Below, in pieces: positions 28,045-38,100 of a stretch of DNA of 64,000 nt. Each line of letters begins with the position of its first letter. Position 1 is the stretch's first letter. This DNA comes from Bacillota bacterium (lineage in GTDB: Bacteria > Bacillota > Clostridia > TANB77 > CAG-508), in the NCBI GenBank assembly GCA_963928415.1, contig CAWVEX010000003.1, positions 10,632 to 74,631 on the forward strand, given 5' to 3'. The notes under the pieces were generated by a model, which saw nothing but the letters and a program-made list of their open reading frames with translations, did no database searches and was not told the origin of the DNA. Position numbers and translations under genes: made by a program.

Positions 28045-28863
28045 GTGAGTGAAAAAATCAAGGTGCTAATAGCAGATGATAATTATGATTTTGGAATGAC
28101 TTTAAAAAATTATTTAGTAAATGATGAAGAAATGGAAATTGTAGGAATAGCCAGAGACGGAGAAGAAGCATATTCTAGTGTACTTAGGCTAAAACCAGAT
28201 GTATTATTACTAGATGTAATAATGCCACATCTAGATGGTATTGGAGTTTTAGAAAAACTTAATAAAACTAAGCTTGAAAAAAATCCAATTAAAATAATGG
28301 TTTCAGCAGTTGGACAAGATAAAATAACACAAAAAGCAATAGCTTTAGGAGCAGATTACTACATTGTAAAACCTTTTGACATAGAATTATTAACCCAAAG
28401 AATAAAAGAAATAAGAAATGATGACCCAGAAAGTCTAAAAGATGTTATTATAAATCATGAAATCAAATCTCCATATATTTCAATAAAGAAATATGAAGAA
28501 AGTAATAAAGCAGACTTAGAAGCAGCTGTTACTAATATTATTCATGAAGTTGGTGTTCCAGCACATATTAAAGGATATCAATTTTTAAGAGAAGCAATAA
28601 TAATGTCTGTTAAAAATGCTGAAATGATTAATCAAGTAACAAAGCTATTATATCCGGATATTGCAAATAAGTATGGAACTACTCCATCTAGAGTTGAAAG
28701 AGCAATACGTCATGCAATAGAAGTTGCTTGGGGTAGAGGTGATCCTAAAGTTACTGAAAGTATATTTGGTTATACAGTTTCAGCAGATAAAGGTAAGCCA
28801 ACAAACTCAGAATTTATAGCAATGATTGCAGATAAATTAAGATTAGAATTAAAGAGCGCATAA
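28045..28863 (+). CDS. spo0A: Sporulation master regulator Spo0A
   Basis: Receiver domain (LIADDN...[14 protein letters not shown]) plus the diagnostic C-terminal [16 protein letters not shown]...[20 protein letters not shown] start after AGGAGG. Confidence 0.95.
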   Translation: MSEKIKVLIADDNYDFGMTLKNYLVNDEEMEIVGIARDGEEAYSSVLRLKPDVLLLDVIMPHLDGIGVLEKLNKTKLEKNPIKIMVSAVGQDKITQKAIALGADYYIVKPFDIELLTQRIKEIRNDDPESLKDVIINHEIKSPYISIKKYEESNKADLEAAVTNIIHEVGVPAHIKGYQFLREAIIMSVKNAEMINQVTKLLYPDIANKYGTTPSRVERAIRHAIEVAWGRGDPKVTESIFGYTVSADKGKPTNSEFIAMIADKLRLELKSA

Positions 28864-28868
28864 ATTTT

Positions 28869-28908
28869 TCCCTTTTCAATTAAGAATAATTGAAAGGGGA
28901 CTTTTTTT
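28869..28908 (+). terminator. Intrinsic terminator of spo0A
   Basis: 13-bp stem (one mismatch) TCCCTTTTCAATT/AATTGAAAGGGGA followed by T7. Confidence 0.8.
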
Positions 28909-28949
28909 ATAAAAATTCCATTATATCAGTATTTTAATGTAAATAATAC

Positions 28950-28977
28950 TTGAAAATTGCTATAAATATAGTATAAT
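28950..28977 (+). promoter_or_regulatory. Candidate promoter of the ftsZ-like gene
   Basis: TTGAAA, 16-nt spacer, TATAAT. Confidence 0.5.
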
Positions 28978-29032
28978 ATAAATACATTTTAAATTTTAAA
29001 CATAATTATAAAAGTGCAAGGAGGAAATAATT

Positions 29033-30019
29033 GTGATAGACCACGAACCAGTAAAGAGAACAAAGGACTTAATAAAAATCAAGGTTATAGGTGTTGGTGG
29101 AGGCGGAAATAACGCAGTAAACCAGATGATAGTATCAGATGTTGATGGAGTAGAATATATATTAGTAAATACAGAAAAAGGAATATTAGAAAGAGCAAAT
29201 ACTAATGGTTGCAAAACATTGCAGATAGGCAAAGAGGTAGCACAAGGTTTAGGTGCAGGAGCGAATCCAGAAGTTGGAGAAAAAGCAGCCAAAGAAAGTA
29301 TAGATGATATAGATAAGATTTTAGATGGAACAGATCTTTTATTTGTTACAGCAGGAATGGGTGGAGGTACTGGAACAGGTGCCATCCCAGTAATTGCTGA
29401 AGAAGCAAAAAAGAAGGGTATTTTAACAATAGGAATTGTAACTAAACCTTTTGCTTTTGAAGGAAAATTAAGAAGTGTTAGAGCAAATATTGGTATAGAC
29501 AAATTAAAACCAAATGTAAATGCACTTATTGTTATTTCAAATGATAAACTTTTACAATATACAGAAACAAATGTATCTATTCTAAATGCTTTTAAAATGA
29601 CTGATGATATTTTAAGACAAGGTATTCAATCAATTACAGACATTATAAATTCTGTAGGAACTATAAATGTAGATTTTGCTGATGTTCAAACAATATTAGG
29701 ATATCAAGGATTTTCATATATGGGTATAGGAAAATCACGAGGTGAAAATAAAATAGTAGAAGCTACTTTAGATGCCTTAAATAATCCACTTACAGAAAGC
29801 GGTATTGAAGGTGCAAAAGGGGTTATATTTAATATAAAAGGTAGTGAAGATATAAGTCTAGAAGATATTAACAAAAGTGCTAGCTTAATTGGAGAAAAAG
29901 TAAGCCCTGATGCTAATGTTATATTTGGAACAGTTATAGATGAAGATTTAGGAGATGAAGTAATAGTAACAGTAGTTGCAACAGGAGTAGAACAAAAAGA
30001 AGAAAATAATAAAAAATAA
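29033..30019 (+). CDS. ftsZ: FtsZ-family tubulin-like GTPase, core domains only (no C-terminal linker or conserved C-terminal peptide)
   Basis: IKVIGVGGGGNNAVN, GLGAGANPEVG, GMGGGTGTGA, T7 loop NVDFADV. The ORF ends at ...VVATGVEQKEENNKK. GTG start after AAGGAGG. Confidence 0.85.
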   Translation: MIDHEPVKRTKDLIKIKVIGVGGGGNNAVNQMIVSDVDGVEYILVNTEKGILERANTNGCKTLQIGKEVAQGLGAGANPEVGEKAAKESIDDIDKILDGTDLLFVTAGMGGGTGTGAIPVIAEEAKKKGILTIGIVTKPFAFEGKLRSVRANIGIDKLKPNVNALIVISNDKLLQYTETNVSILNAFKMTDDILRQGIQSITDIINSVGTINVDFADVQTILGYQGFSYMGIGKSRGENKIVEATLDALNNPLTESGIEGAKGVIFNIKGSEDISLEDINKSASLIGEKVSPDANVIFGTVIDEDLGDEVIVTVVATGVEQKEENNKK

Positions 30020-30055
30020 AAAACATTTATCTAAGAAAGAGAGGCTTATCAATAA

Positions 30056-30226
30056 ATGACAATAAAAGAATTTAAATTATTGCATATATCTGTTAAAGAT
30101 GGAGATAAAGAGGTATTTAATGGTATGAGTGAAGATGCTCCTGAAGAACTTTTAGATAAGCAAATAAAAATACAAGGCATGGAAGATAAAATCATGACAG
30201 TAAAAATAGTAGATAATATTAATTAA
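30056..30226 (+). CDS. Small hypothetical protein (56 aa), not in the ORF track
   Basis: ATG 36 nt after the ftsZ-like stop, with purine-rich AAGAAAGAGAGG upstream. MTIKEFKLLHISVKDGDKEVFNGMSEDAPEELLDKQIKIQGMEDKIMTVKIVDNIN. Confidence 0.4.
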   Translation: MTIKEFKLLHISVKDGDKEVFNGMSEDAPEELLDKQIKIQGMEDKIMTVKIVDNIN

Positions 30227-30338
30227 TTCGGTGAATAAAAAGTGAATTTATAAGTGTATAAATCTTGTTTAAATGGAAATAATCTTATCAAATGAAAATT
30301 TTGCAATCTAAAGATTGAAAAAAAAAGGAGATAAGATT

Positions 30339-30542
30339 ATGGGAGATTTAAATAAAAAGTATATTATAAATAAAGCAGAAAAAATATTAGAAAAATGTGA
30401 AGAAAAATATAAAGATGAAAGCAAAAATAAGAAAAAGTTAAGAGAATTAGAAAAAGAGTGCAAAAAACTTAAAAGATATAATTTAACTTGGAAAATTCTT
30501 TTAGCTCTTGTTGCAATAGCATCTTTAATAATAGTATTTTGA
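30339..30542 (+). CDS. Small tail-anchored coiled-coil protein (67 aa)
   Basis: SD AAGGAG 8 nt upstream of the ATG at 30339. K/E-rich helix, then a C-terminal TM WKILLALVAIASLIIVF. Confidence 0.5.
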   Translation: MGDLNKKYIINKAEKILEKCEEKYKDESKNKKKLRELEKECKKLKRYNLTWKILLALVAIASLIIVF

Positions 30543-30572
30543 CTATAAAATATAATATAAAAACAAGTATAA

Positions 30573-30622
30573 AACTTTTTAATTGGTCATATATTTTAAA
30601 AGACCAGTTAAAAAGTTTTTTT
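30573..30622 (+). terminator. Intrinsic terminator
   Basis: 16-bp stem AACTTTTTAATTGGTC/GACCAGTTAAAAAGTT (one G-T pair) followed by a T-run. Confidence 0.8.
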
Positions 30623-30655
30623 CGGTTATAGGTAAGCCTAGTAAAACCTAAATAT

Positions 30656-31573
30656 ATGCAAGGGAAGAAGTATATGGAAAGAATAATAAGTGAGCAAGAT
30701 AGAATTAGACGTGCAGAAGAAATTGCAGGAAGAAGGAGAGGTACTATTTCTGCAAGAGATATAAATGTAGAACATACTAAAAAGAAGATGCCATTACTTA
30801 CAAAAGTTTTTATTCAAACAATAGTAAGTATGTGCATATTTGGAATTGCATATTTTTTGGTTCAGCACAATAATCCAGCAATTGAAAGTATAAGAAATAT
30901 TTTAGGAAAAGATGCTAATATAGGTCAAATATATAATGAATTTAATAATAAATTTCAATCATTATCTACTTGGTATAGTAGATATATAAATAATGAAAAT
31001 AATATTAATCAAAACTCGCAAGAAAATAACCAAGAAGAAAATATAAATGAAGTAAATCAGATAGAAAATGTACTTAATGAGAATAGTATAGATTCAAATA
31101 TTGTAAATTCAAATGTCGTAGGAATAGGCGGAAGTGATGAAAATCTTAATTTAAGCCAAGATGAACAGGATATAGCATATATAAAAGAAAATGCTTCAAT
31201 AATAGTACCTGTTTCAGGAACATTAACATCAGGATATGGCCTTAGAACTCCAACAGATATAATATCAGCTAATCATGCTGGCATAGATATAGGAGCTAAT
31301 GAGGGAACAGAAATAATTTGTGCAATGGAAGGAACAGTAGAACTTGTATCTGGTTATGGAGATTATGGAAATCATGTAAAAATAACAAATGGAGAAATAA
31401 GCACTATGTATGCACATTGTCAAAATATATACGTAAATCAAGGAGACTATGTAAGCCAAGGGCAAGTGATTGCAACAGTTGGAAATACAGGAAGAACTAC
31501 TGGACCACATTTGCATTTTGAAATAAGTAGGCAAGGTAGAACAGTAAATCCTCAATCAATAATTGAAATTTAA
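30656..31573 (+). CDS. Membrane-anchored M23/LytM metallopeptidase at the SpoIVFA position
   Basis: One TM, N-rich linker, LytM domain with HAGIDI (HxxxD) and GPHLHFE (HxH). The start may be the second ATG at 30674. Confidence 0.85.
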   Translation: MQGKKYMERIISEQDRIRRAEEIAGRRRGTISARDINVEHTKKKMPLLTKVFIQTIVSMCIFGIAYFLVQHNNPAIESIRNILGKDANIGQIYNEFNNKFQSLSTWYSRYINNENNINQNSQENNQEENINEVNQIENVLNENSIDSNIVNSNVVGIGGSDENLNLSQDEQDIAYIKENASIIVPVSGTLTSGYGLRTPTDIISANHAGIDIGANEGTEIICAMEGTVELVSGYGDYGNHVKITNGEISTMYAHCQNIYVNQGDYVSQGQVIATVGNTGRTTGPHLHFEISRQGRTVNPQSIIEI

Positions 31574-31668
31574 ATAGCTATAAGCATATTGTTTAAAAAG
31601 TTAAAAGATAAATAAAATTGTAACAAATATAGATAGTTATATGCTATGTAAAACAGAAGAAAGGAGAT

Positions 31669-32352
31669 TTGTATAAATTATTTTATACAAAAAAGCTTAT
31701 GCAGATAAAAATAGATTTTAAAATATTTGCAATAATAATAATATTTTTAATTACAAAGAATATTGGAATTTATGCTACATTAATGCTATTTGCATTAATA
31801 CATGAATTAGGACATTTAGTTTGTGGAATACTACTTGGATTTAAACCTCAATCAATAAGCATAATTCCATTTGGTTTTAAATTAGGATTTAAAGTTGAAT
31901 GTGATGATTATAATATAAAGATAAAAAAAGCAAATAGATTAACTTTGAAAAAAATATTAATAGCTATATCAGGTCCTCTTACTAATGTAATATGTATATT
32001 AGTATTAATTCTGATAAAAAATAAAATAAGCATTGAAGAGTTTCAAAATTCAATTTATGCAAATATTCTACTTATATTGTTTAATTTAATACCAATTTAT
32101 CCTCTAGATGGTGGAAGAATAGTGCAAGGCTTAATACATATATTTATTGGGTTAAAACAAAGTTATTCATATGTAAAAACAATTACAAATATAAATGTAA
32201 TTTTACTTACAGCTATTTCAAGTATACTAATACTTTATTATAAAAATATAGCAATATTATTAGTTATAATATATTTATGGATGATGGTATATAAGTGTAA
32301 TAAAGAATATAGTTTAAAAGAAAAGATATACAATCAGATAAATATTAAATAG
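31669..32352 (+). CDS. spoIVFB: M50 site-2 protease, SpoIVFB-like (no CBS domain)
   Basis: HELGHLVCG and NLIPIYPLDGGRIV motifs. The likelier start is the ATG at 31699 (MQIKIDF...). Confidence 0.75.
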   Translation: MYKLFYTKKLMQIKIDFKIFAIIIIFLITKNIGIYATLMLFALIHELGHLVCGILLGFKPQSISIIPFGFKLGFKVECDDYNIKIKKANRLTLKKILIAISGPLTNVICILVLILIKNKISIEEFQNSIYANILLILFNLIPIYPLDGGRIVQGLIHIFIGLKQSYSYVKTITNINVILLTAISSILILYYKNIAILLVIIYLWMMVYKCNKEYSLKEKIYNQINIK

Positions 32353-32389
32353 AATATTGATAAAATATGAAATATTTTACGTAAACCTC

Positions 32390-32418
32390 TTGCGCTTTCT
32401 AACATTTTATGGTATACT
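32390..32418 (+). promoter_or_regulatory. Candidate sigma-A promoter
   Basis: TTGCGC, 17-nt spacer, TG-extended TATACT. Confidence 0.5.
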
Positions 32419-32504
32419 TATTATATTAGTGATGATGAATAGCCACTTATTAGCTTTTAGCTAAAATTGAAAAATGGCAAAAAAAGAGAGGAGTCACAAT
32501 ATAA

Positions 32505-32822
32505 ATGAGTAAAATAATGGATAAAATAAAAAAATTAAGTCATACAGCAGTTGATTTTTTCAGAGAAGATAGTGAGGATGATTTAGAAAATATAGATCCT
32601 AAATTAGAAGAAGCTATGAAACCTGCTGTAGATAGGATTAATGCGCTAGAGGCTAGAAGAGCTAAAGAGCAAAAATCTTTAGCTGATAGGTTAAAAAATG
32701 ATGAAGGAAGAGATATATCTGGTTCTAATAGTACTTCAAGTATTAAAAAAGTACAATCTAGAGGTAGTAGTCATATAAAGGAACAAAAAGAACAATCATC
32801 TGTAGATAGAGGAGATAGATAA
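32505..32822 (+). CDS. Hypothetical charged, probably disordered protein
   Basis: 105 aa, SD GAGAGGAG, no recognisable domain. Confidence 0.55.
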   Translation: MSKIMDKIKKLSHTAVDFFREDSEDDLENIDPKLEEAMKPAVDRINALEARRAKEQKSLADRLKNDEGRDISGSNSTSSIKKVQSRGSSHIKEQKEQSSVDRGDR

Positions 32823-32987
32823 ACTTATAAAAGTTTATGAAAATAAAATAGCAAAAAATAATAACCGTAGGTTAACTATAGGTTATTATTTTTTATTAAA
32901 ATCAATTTATAAACAATTTAAAAACTATTGAAAAAAATAAAAAAATAGTATATAAATATAGTAAATAATAGATAAAGGAAGATGAAA

Positions 32988-33725
32988 ATGCAAAAGATTA
33001 AAAGCGAAAAAGGTATAACTCTACTTATATTAATTGTTACACTTATAGTATTAGCTCTAATTAGTGTGCCAATTATAGTGAATACAACAGATATAGCAGA
33101 ACTACAAAAATACACATATTTTAAAGCAGATATAGATAAGCTTAGAGAATCAATAGAAACAACTTATGGAGATATGGATGACTTATCATCAATAGGACCT
33201 GTATATACTGGTAGTATGCTATTCTTAGATAATATTCAAGGAGAAGATATAGTAAGAAACCCTAATGATGGAAATGTATATTATGTAATAAGCTTAGAAA
33301 ATTTGAATTCATATATGAATTCACAAATAAGTTTAAAATATGGCTCAGGAAATAAAGAAGAAAATTATCAGAATAACCAATATAGTGGATCAGATGTATA
33401 TATAATTAATGAACAATCGAAAACTATTTATTATACAACTGGTGTAGAATATAAAGGAGTAACATATTATAGATTACCAGAAAGTTTCACTGAGCAAACT
33501 CAAACTTTGATAGTATCTTATGATGCAAATGGTGGAGAAAATGCACCCAATATGCAAACTTTAGATAATGGAAATAAAACAATAGTTATAGGAAATGCAC
33601 CAACAAGAAAAGGATATACATTTAAAGGTTATCTAGATGAAAATACTAAAGAAATTCATCAACCTGGAGCAGTATATACTGTAACTAAAAGTGTAGTATT
33701 TGTTGCTCAATGGGAAGAAAATTAA
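32988..33725 (+). CDS. Pilin-like protein (KG|ITL leader) with C-terminal Listeria-Bacteroides repeat (Flg_new) domain
   Basis: MQKIKSEKG|ITLLILIVTLIVLALI. The C-terminal YDANGGENAP...TRKGYTFKGYLDENT...GAVYTVTKSVVFVAQWE matches the Flg_new repeat pattern. An alternative ATG is at 32982. Confidence 0.6.
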   Translation: MQKIKSEKGITLLILIVTLIVLALISVPIIVNTTDIAELQKYTYFKADIDKLRESIETTYGDMDDLSSIGPVYTGSMLFLDNIQGEDIVRNPNDGNVYYVISLENLNSYMNSQISLKYGSGNKEENYQNNQYSGSDVYIINEQSKTIYYTTGVEYKGVTYYRLPESFTEQTQTLIVSYDANGGENAPNMQTLDNGNKTIVIGNAPTRKGYTFKGYLDENTKEIHQPGAVYTVTKSVVFVAQWEEN

Positions 33726-33782
33726 CTTTACTTGTTAAAAAATATAAATTTGCGACTTATAATGAAAAAATCATATTAGTGC

Positions 33783-33811
33783 TTGACAACAAGGCTAACA
33801 TATTGTATAAT
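33783..33811 (+). promoter_or_regulatory. Consensus sigma-A promoter for the tRNA
   Basis: TTGACA, 17-nt spacer, TATAAT, 19 nt before the tRNA 5' end. Confidence 0.7.
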
Positions 33812-33829
33812 ACTAAATGTCGCAGATAT

Positions 33830-33906
33830 GGCGAAGTAGCTCAGTTGGCTAGAGCATCCGGTTCATACCCGGCAGGTCAAGAGTTCGAATCTCCTCTTCG
33901 CCACCA
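33830..33906 (+). tRNA. tRNA with CAU anticodon (elongator Met or lysidine-dependent Ile2)
   Basis: Acceptor GGCGAAG/CTTCGCC, D-arm GCTCAGTTGGCTAGAGC, anticodon loop TTCATAC, T-loop TTCGAAT, encoded CCA. One A-C mismatch in the T stem. Confidence 0.85.
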
Positions 33907-33943
33907 CGTGAGTAAAAACTCACTTTCATTTGTTTAATAAAAG

Positions 33944-33976
33944 CTAGTGTATATCAAAATGGTATACACTAGTTTT
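33944..33976 (+). terminator. Intrinsic terminator after the tRNA
   Basis: CTAGTGTATA/TATACACTAG stem followed by TTTT. A second small hairpin GTGAGT/ACTCAC lies at 33908-33923. Confidence 0.7.
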
Positions 33977-34024
33977 ATATTATCTATATAACAAAATATT
34001 AAATAAAAAATAAAATTATTAATA

Positions 34025-35056
34025 TTATAAATTAAAATTAAACATAGGTATTTGAAGTATAACAAAAGTATAAGCTGTAGCAAAAATTGCTTGTAATATT
34101 TTACCTATTATATATGGCTTAATAGATAATTTTTCTTTAGAAATAACACTTAATATTTGAAGCATAACAGAAAAACCACCAAAACCTAGTAAAAAAGCAC
34201 ATAATAATATATTAGTAGATATAGCTTTTATATGAATATTAGATACTGCATATAAGCCATTAGTAAGTTCTATAATACCAGACAAGGTGCCAGATATAAA
34301 GGTAGTATTTCCAAGTAAAGGAGATAAAAAATTAGCAATAATATTTAGTAAACCTGAGTTTTTTAATATAGAAATTATTACAGAAAATATTACAACAAAA
34401 CCTCCAATCATTAAAATAGTTTTAATACTATTTATTATACTATTAGAAAGCACTTCTCCTAGATTTGAAAAACTAACATTTTTAGAAGGTATTTTAACAT
34501 AATCTTTATTTAATTCTTTATATTTATTTCCAATTTTTTTACCAAAGACAATACCAACAGAAAGAGAAGCTAAAATGTGTGTAAAAAGTAAAATTAGACC
34601 AATAGTTGTACTTCCAAACATAGATATACCAACTGTTCCTATAATAAAAAGTGGACCTGAATTATTGGTATATGCAAGCATTAGCTCTGCCTCTTTTTTT
34701 GTGCATAAACCTTGTTTATATATTTGACATACTGTTTTGGCACCTACAGGATAGCCACTTAGCATACCTAGTATTAAAGGATAAGCACTAGCTCCTGGCA
34801 TATTAAATATAGGGCGCATTAAATTATCTAATTTTTTACTTATAAAGTTTACAACATTTGTATAGCTTAAAAGTTCAGTTGCAACTAAAAAAGGAAAAAG
34901 TGAAGGAACAACTGAATTAGCCCATAGATTAAGCCCGGATTTTGTTGCAGTTAAATTACTAGCAGAAAAAATGACTAGGCTAAATAAAAATAAAATAAAA
35001 ATAATTGGTAAAATATTTCTTTTTAAAGAAAAACAATAAAACTTAAAACTTCTCAT
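34025..35056 (-). CDS. ylbJ: Sporulation integral membrane protein YlbJ (nucleoside-recognition domain family)
   Basis: 343 aa polytopic; GLNLWANSVVPSLFPFLV...LSGYPVGAK pattern. Confidence 0.85.
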   Translation of the reverse strand: MRSFKFYCFSLKRNILPIIFILFLFSLVIFSASNLTATKSGLNLWANSVVPSLFPFLVATELLSYTNVVNFISKKLDNLMRPIFNMPGASAYPLILGMLSGYPVGAKTVCQIYKQGLCTKKEAELMLAYTNNSGPLFIIGTVGISMFGSTTIGLILLFTHILASLSVGIVFGKKIGNKYKELNKDYVKIPSKNVSFSNLGEVLSNSIINSIKTILMIGGFVVIFSVIISILKNSGLLNIIANFLSPLLGNTTFISGTLSGIIELTNGLYAVSNIHIKAISTNILLCAFLLGFGGFSVMLQILSVISKEKLSIKPYIIGKILQAIFATAYTFVILQIPMFNFNL

Positions 35057-35193
35057 AAAATAAATATATGCTTGTATTATTAAAATATGATTTTACTATA
35101 ATTGAAAAAATTATAAAAATATGTTAAAATAATAATATTAGGATATAATCTTAAATAAAATAAAGTAAGCCAACAAATAAAGGGAGAAAAAAT

Positions 35194-38100
35194 ATGAATT
35201 ATATATTAAGAAATTTGGCTTCAACACAAAAATATAAGGAACTAAAAAATAAAATACAAAATAAGTTATACCCGGTAGAAATATCGGGTCTTGTTCCTGT
35301 TGCGAAAACTGAGGTAATAGGAACATTATATGAAGAAGAAAGAATGCCTGTTTGTATAATTACATATAATGAAATGCAAGCTAAAGAAATAGTTAAAAAT
35401 TTAGGCTATTTTACTGATAATGTAGAATATTTTCCTAAAAGAGAAATTTCAATATATGATTATGATGCAGAAAGTAATGATATAGAATATGCTAGAATTC
35501 AAGTTTTAAACAATATTTTCAAAGGCAAGACTAAGCTTATAGTTACAACAATTGAAGCAATTATGCAAAAAATGATTTCAAAAGATATTTTATATAATAC
35601 TGTACTAAAACTTAAACTTGCAGATACTATCAGTCACGAAGAATTAAAAAAATATTTAATTGATATGGGATATAAAAGAGTTGATCTAATTGAAAACAAA
35701 GGTGAATTTAGTATTAGAGGAGACATATTAGATATTGGCTTGAGTGACAGTGAAGGAGTAAGAATTGAGTTTTGGGGAGATGATATTGATTCAATTAGAA
35801 AATTTAAAATCTCATCACAAAGATCCACAGATATGCTAAAAACTGTGGAAATTTACCCTGCAACAGAGTTTATATTAGAAGATAATATTCAAAATGTTGT
35901 TAAAAGAATAGAAAATTTAGATAATTATTCTTTAGAAGATTTAGAAATAATACAAAATGGAGATTATACAACAAGGATAGACAAATATTTTAATGAATTT
36001 TATACAAAACCAGTTTCGTTTTTAGATTATTTAAAAGATTTTTATATTTTTCTAGATGAACCAGAAAAAATAAAGCAAAGAGTAGAAGCAATACAAAATG
36101 AAAATGAAAATTTAATTAAAGCATTAATAGAAAAAGAAAAGCCAGTTCCAGAATCTTTAAGCAATTTAAATGATTATAAATTGGACTTTAAAGAATATGT
36201 AAGTTTGCTTGAACAAGATACATTAAAAAATGATTTCAATACAAAAGAAATAAATTTAAATAAAGGCGATGTAAAAGACTTAGAAGAACGTATAAATGAA
36301 TATACGCTAAATAAGAAAAAAGTCATTATTTTAGCAGGAGATAAAGAAAATACAGATAAAATATTAAGAGCTTTAAATAACAGAGTAAGTTATGCTGATT
36401 CACTAGATAATGTTAATTTAAAACCAGGTGAAGCGGTAATAAGCCAGGGAGCTCTAACTACAGGATTTGAGGATAAAGATACAGATTTAATAGTACTTAG
36501 TAGTGATGAATTCTTTTATAAAAATGTAAGAAGAAAAAAAGTATCAGATACTTTTAAAAGTGCTGAAAAAATAGTTTTTGCTGATCTTAAAGTTGGAGAT
36601 TATATAGTACATAAAAATCATGGTATTGGTATTTTTACTGGTGTTAATACAATAAAAGTAGATGGAGTAACTAAAGATTTTATTCAATTAAAATACAAAG
36701 ATGGGGATATATTATATGTTCCAACAGAAGACTTAGATAATGTACGTAAATATATTGGTACAGAGGGAAATTTACAATTAAATAAACTAGGAACTAAGGA
36801 CTGGGAAAAAACTAAAGCTAAAGTTAAAGGAAATTTAAGAGCAGTTGCTAAAGAGCTAATTGAACTTTATGCTAGAAGAGAAAAAGCAAAAGGATTTGCT
36901 TTTTCAAAAGATACTGTATTCCAAAAACAATTTGAAGATAGTTTTGAGTATACAGAAACAAATGACCAGCTAAGATGTATTGAAGAAGTAAAAAAAGATA
37001 TGGAAAGTCCAAAACCTATGGATAGACTTCTTTGTGGAGATGTTGGATATGGAAAAACAGAAGTAGCAATAAGAGCTGCATTTAAAGCAGTTATGGATAG
37101 TAAGCAAGTAGCTTACCTCGCACCTACTACAATTCTAGCCAGTCAGCAATACCAAGAATTTAAAGAAAGAATGAAGGAATATCCAATAAAAATAGAGCTA
37201 TTAAATAGGTTTAAAACAAAAAAAGAGCAAAAAGAAATAGTAGAAAAATTAAAACAAGGAAAAGTAGATATTGTTATTGGAACACATAGAATTTTAAGTA
37301 AAGATGTTGAATTTAAGGATTTAGGGTTACTTATTATAGATGAAGAGCATAGATTTGGTGTTAAAGATAAAGAAAAAATAAAGCAATATAAATCAACAAT
37401 AGATGTATTAACTATGACTGCAACCCCAATTCCTAGAACACTTCAAATGTCTGTTGTAGGAATTAGAGATATGTCAGTTATATATGAACCACCACAAAAT
37501 AGAAAACCAATCCAAACATATGTATTAGAATATGATAAAGAGGTAATAAAAGAGGCAATAACAAAAGAATTAGAAAGAAATGGGCAAATATTTTACATAT
37601 ATAATATAGTAGAATCAATTGCTAGAAAAGCAGATGAAATAAGTAAGTTAGTACCTGAATCTAGAGTTGCATTTGCACATGGAAAAATGACTGGTAGTGA
37701 AATTGAAGATATTATGCAAGACTTTATAGATGGAAAAACTAATGTCTTAGTTTGTACTACAATACTTGAGTCAGGTATAGATATACCAAATGCAAATACT
37801 ATTATAGTAGAAAATGCAGATAGATTTGGTTTAGCTCAACTTTACCAAATAAGAGGAAGAGTAGGTAGAAGTGATAAGCAAGCTTATGCATATATAACAT
37901 ATAAAAGAGATAAGATGCTTTCAGAAGATGCTACTCAAAGATTAAAAGCAATTAAGGAATTTACAGAGTTTGGTTCAGGATTTAAAATAGCTACAAGAGA
38001 CCTTCAGATAAGAGGTGCAGGTAGTATATTTGGAGAAATGCAACATGGACATATTGAACAAATAGGTTATGATATGTATAATAAACTATTAAATGAAGTT

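Noticed and set aside
28996-29502. 168-aa minus-strand ORF
   Set aside because: It lies entirely antisense to the ftsZ-like gene, whose + strand product has unmistakable FtsZ motifs. The Pro/Ile-rich minus-strand product is the mirror of Gly-rich codons, and there is no SD.
31265-31555. Overlapping ORFs on both strands inside the M23 peptidase gene (31265..31555 minus, 31318..31521 plus)
   Set aside because: The LytM motifs fix the true frame. The alternative frames have no SD and implausible compositions.
33710-33937. 75-aa + strand ORF
   Set aside because: It reads through the tRNA promoter and the CAU-anticodon tRNA. It has no SD, and part of its sequence is simply the translated tRNA.
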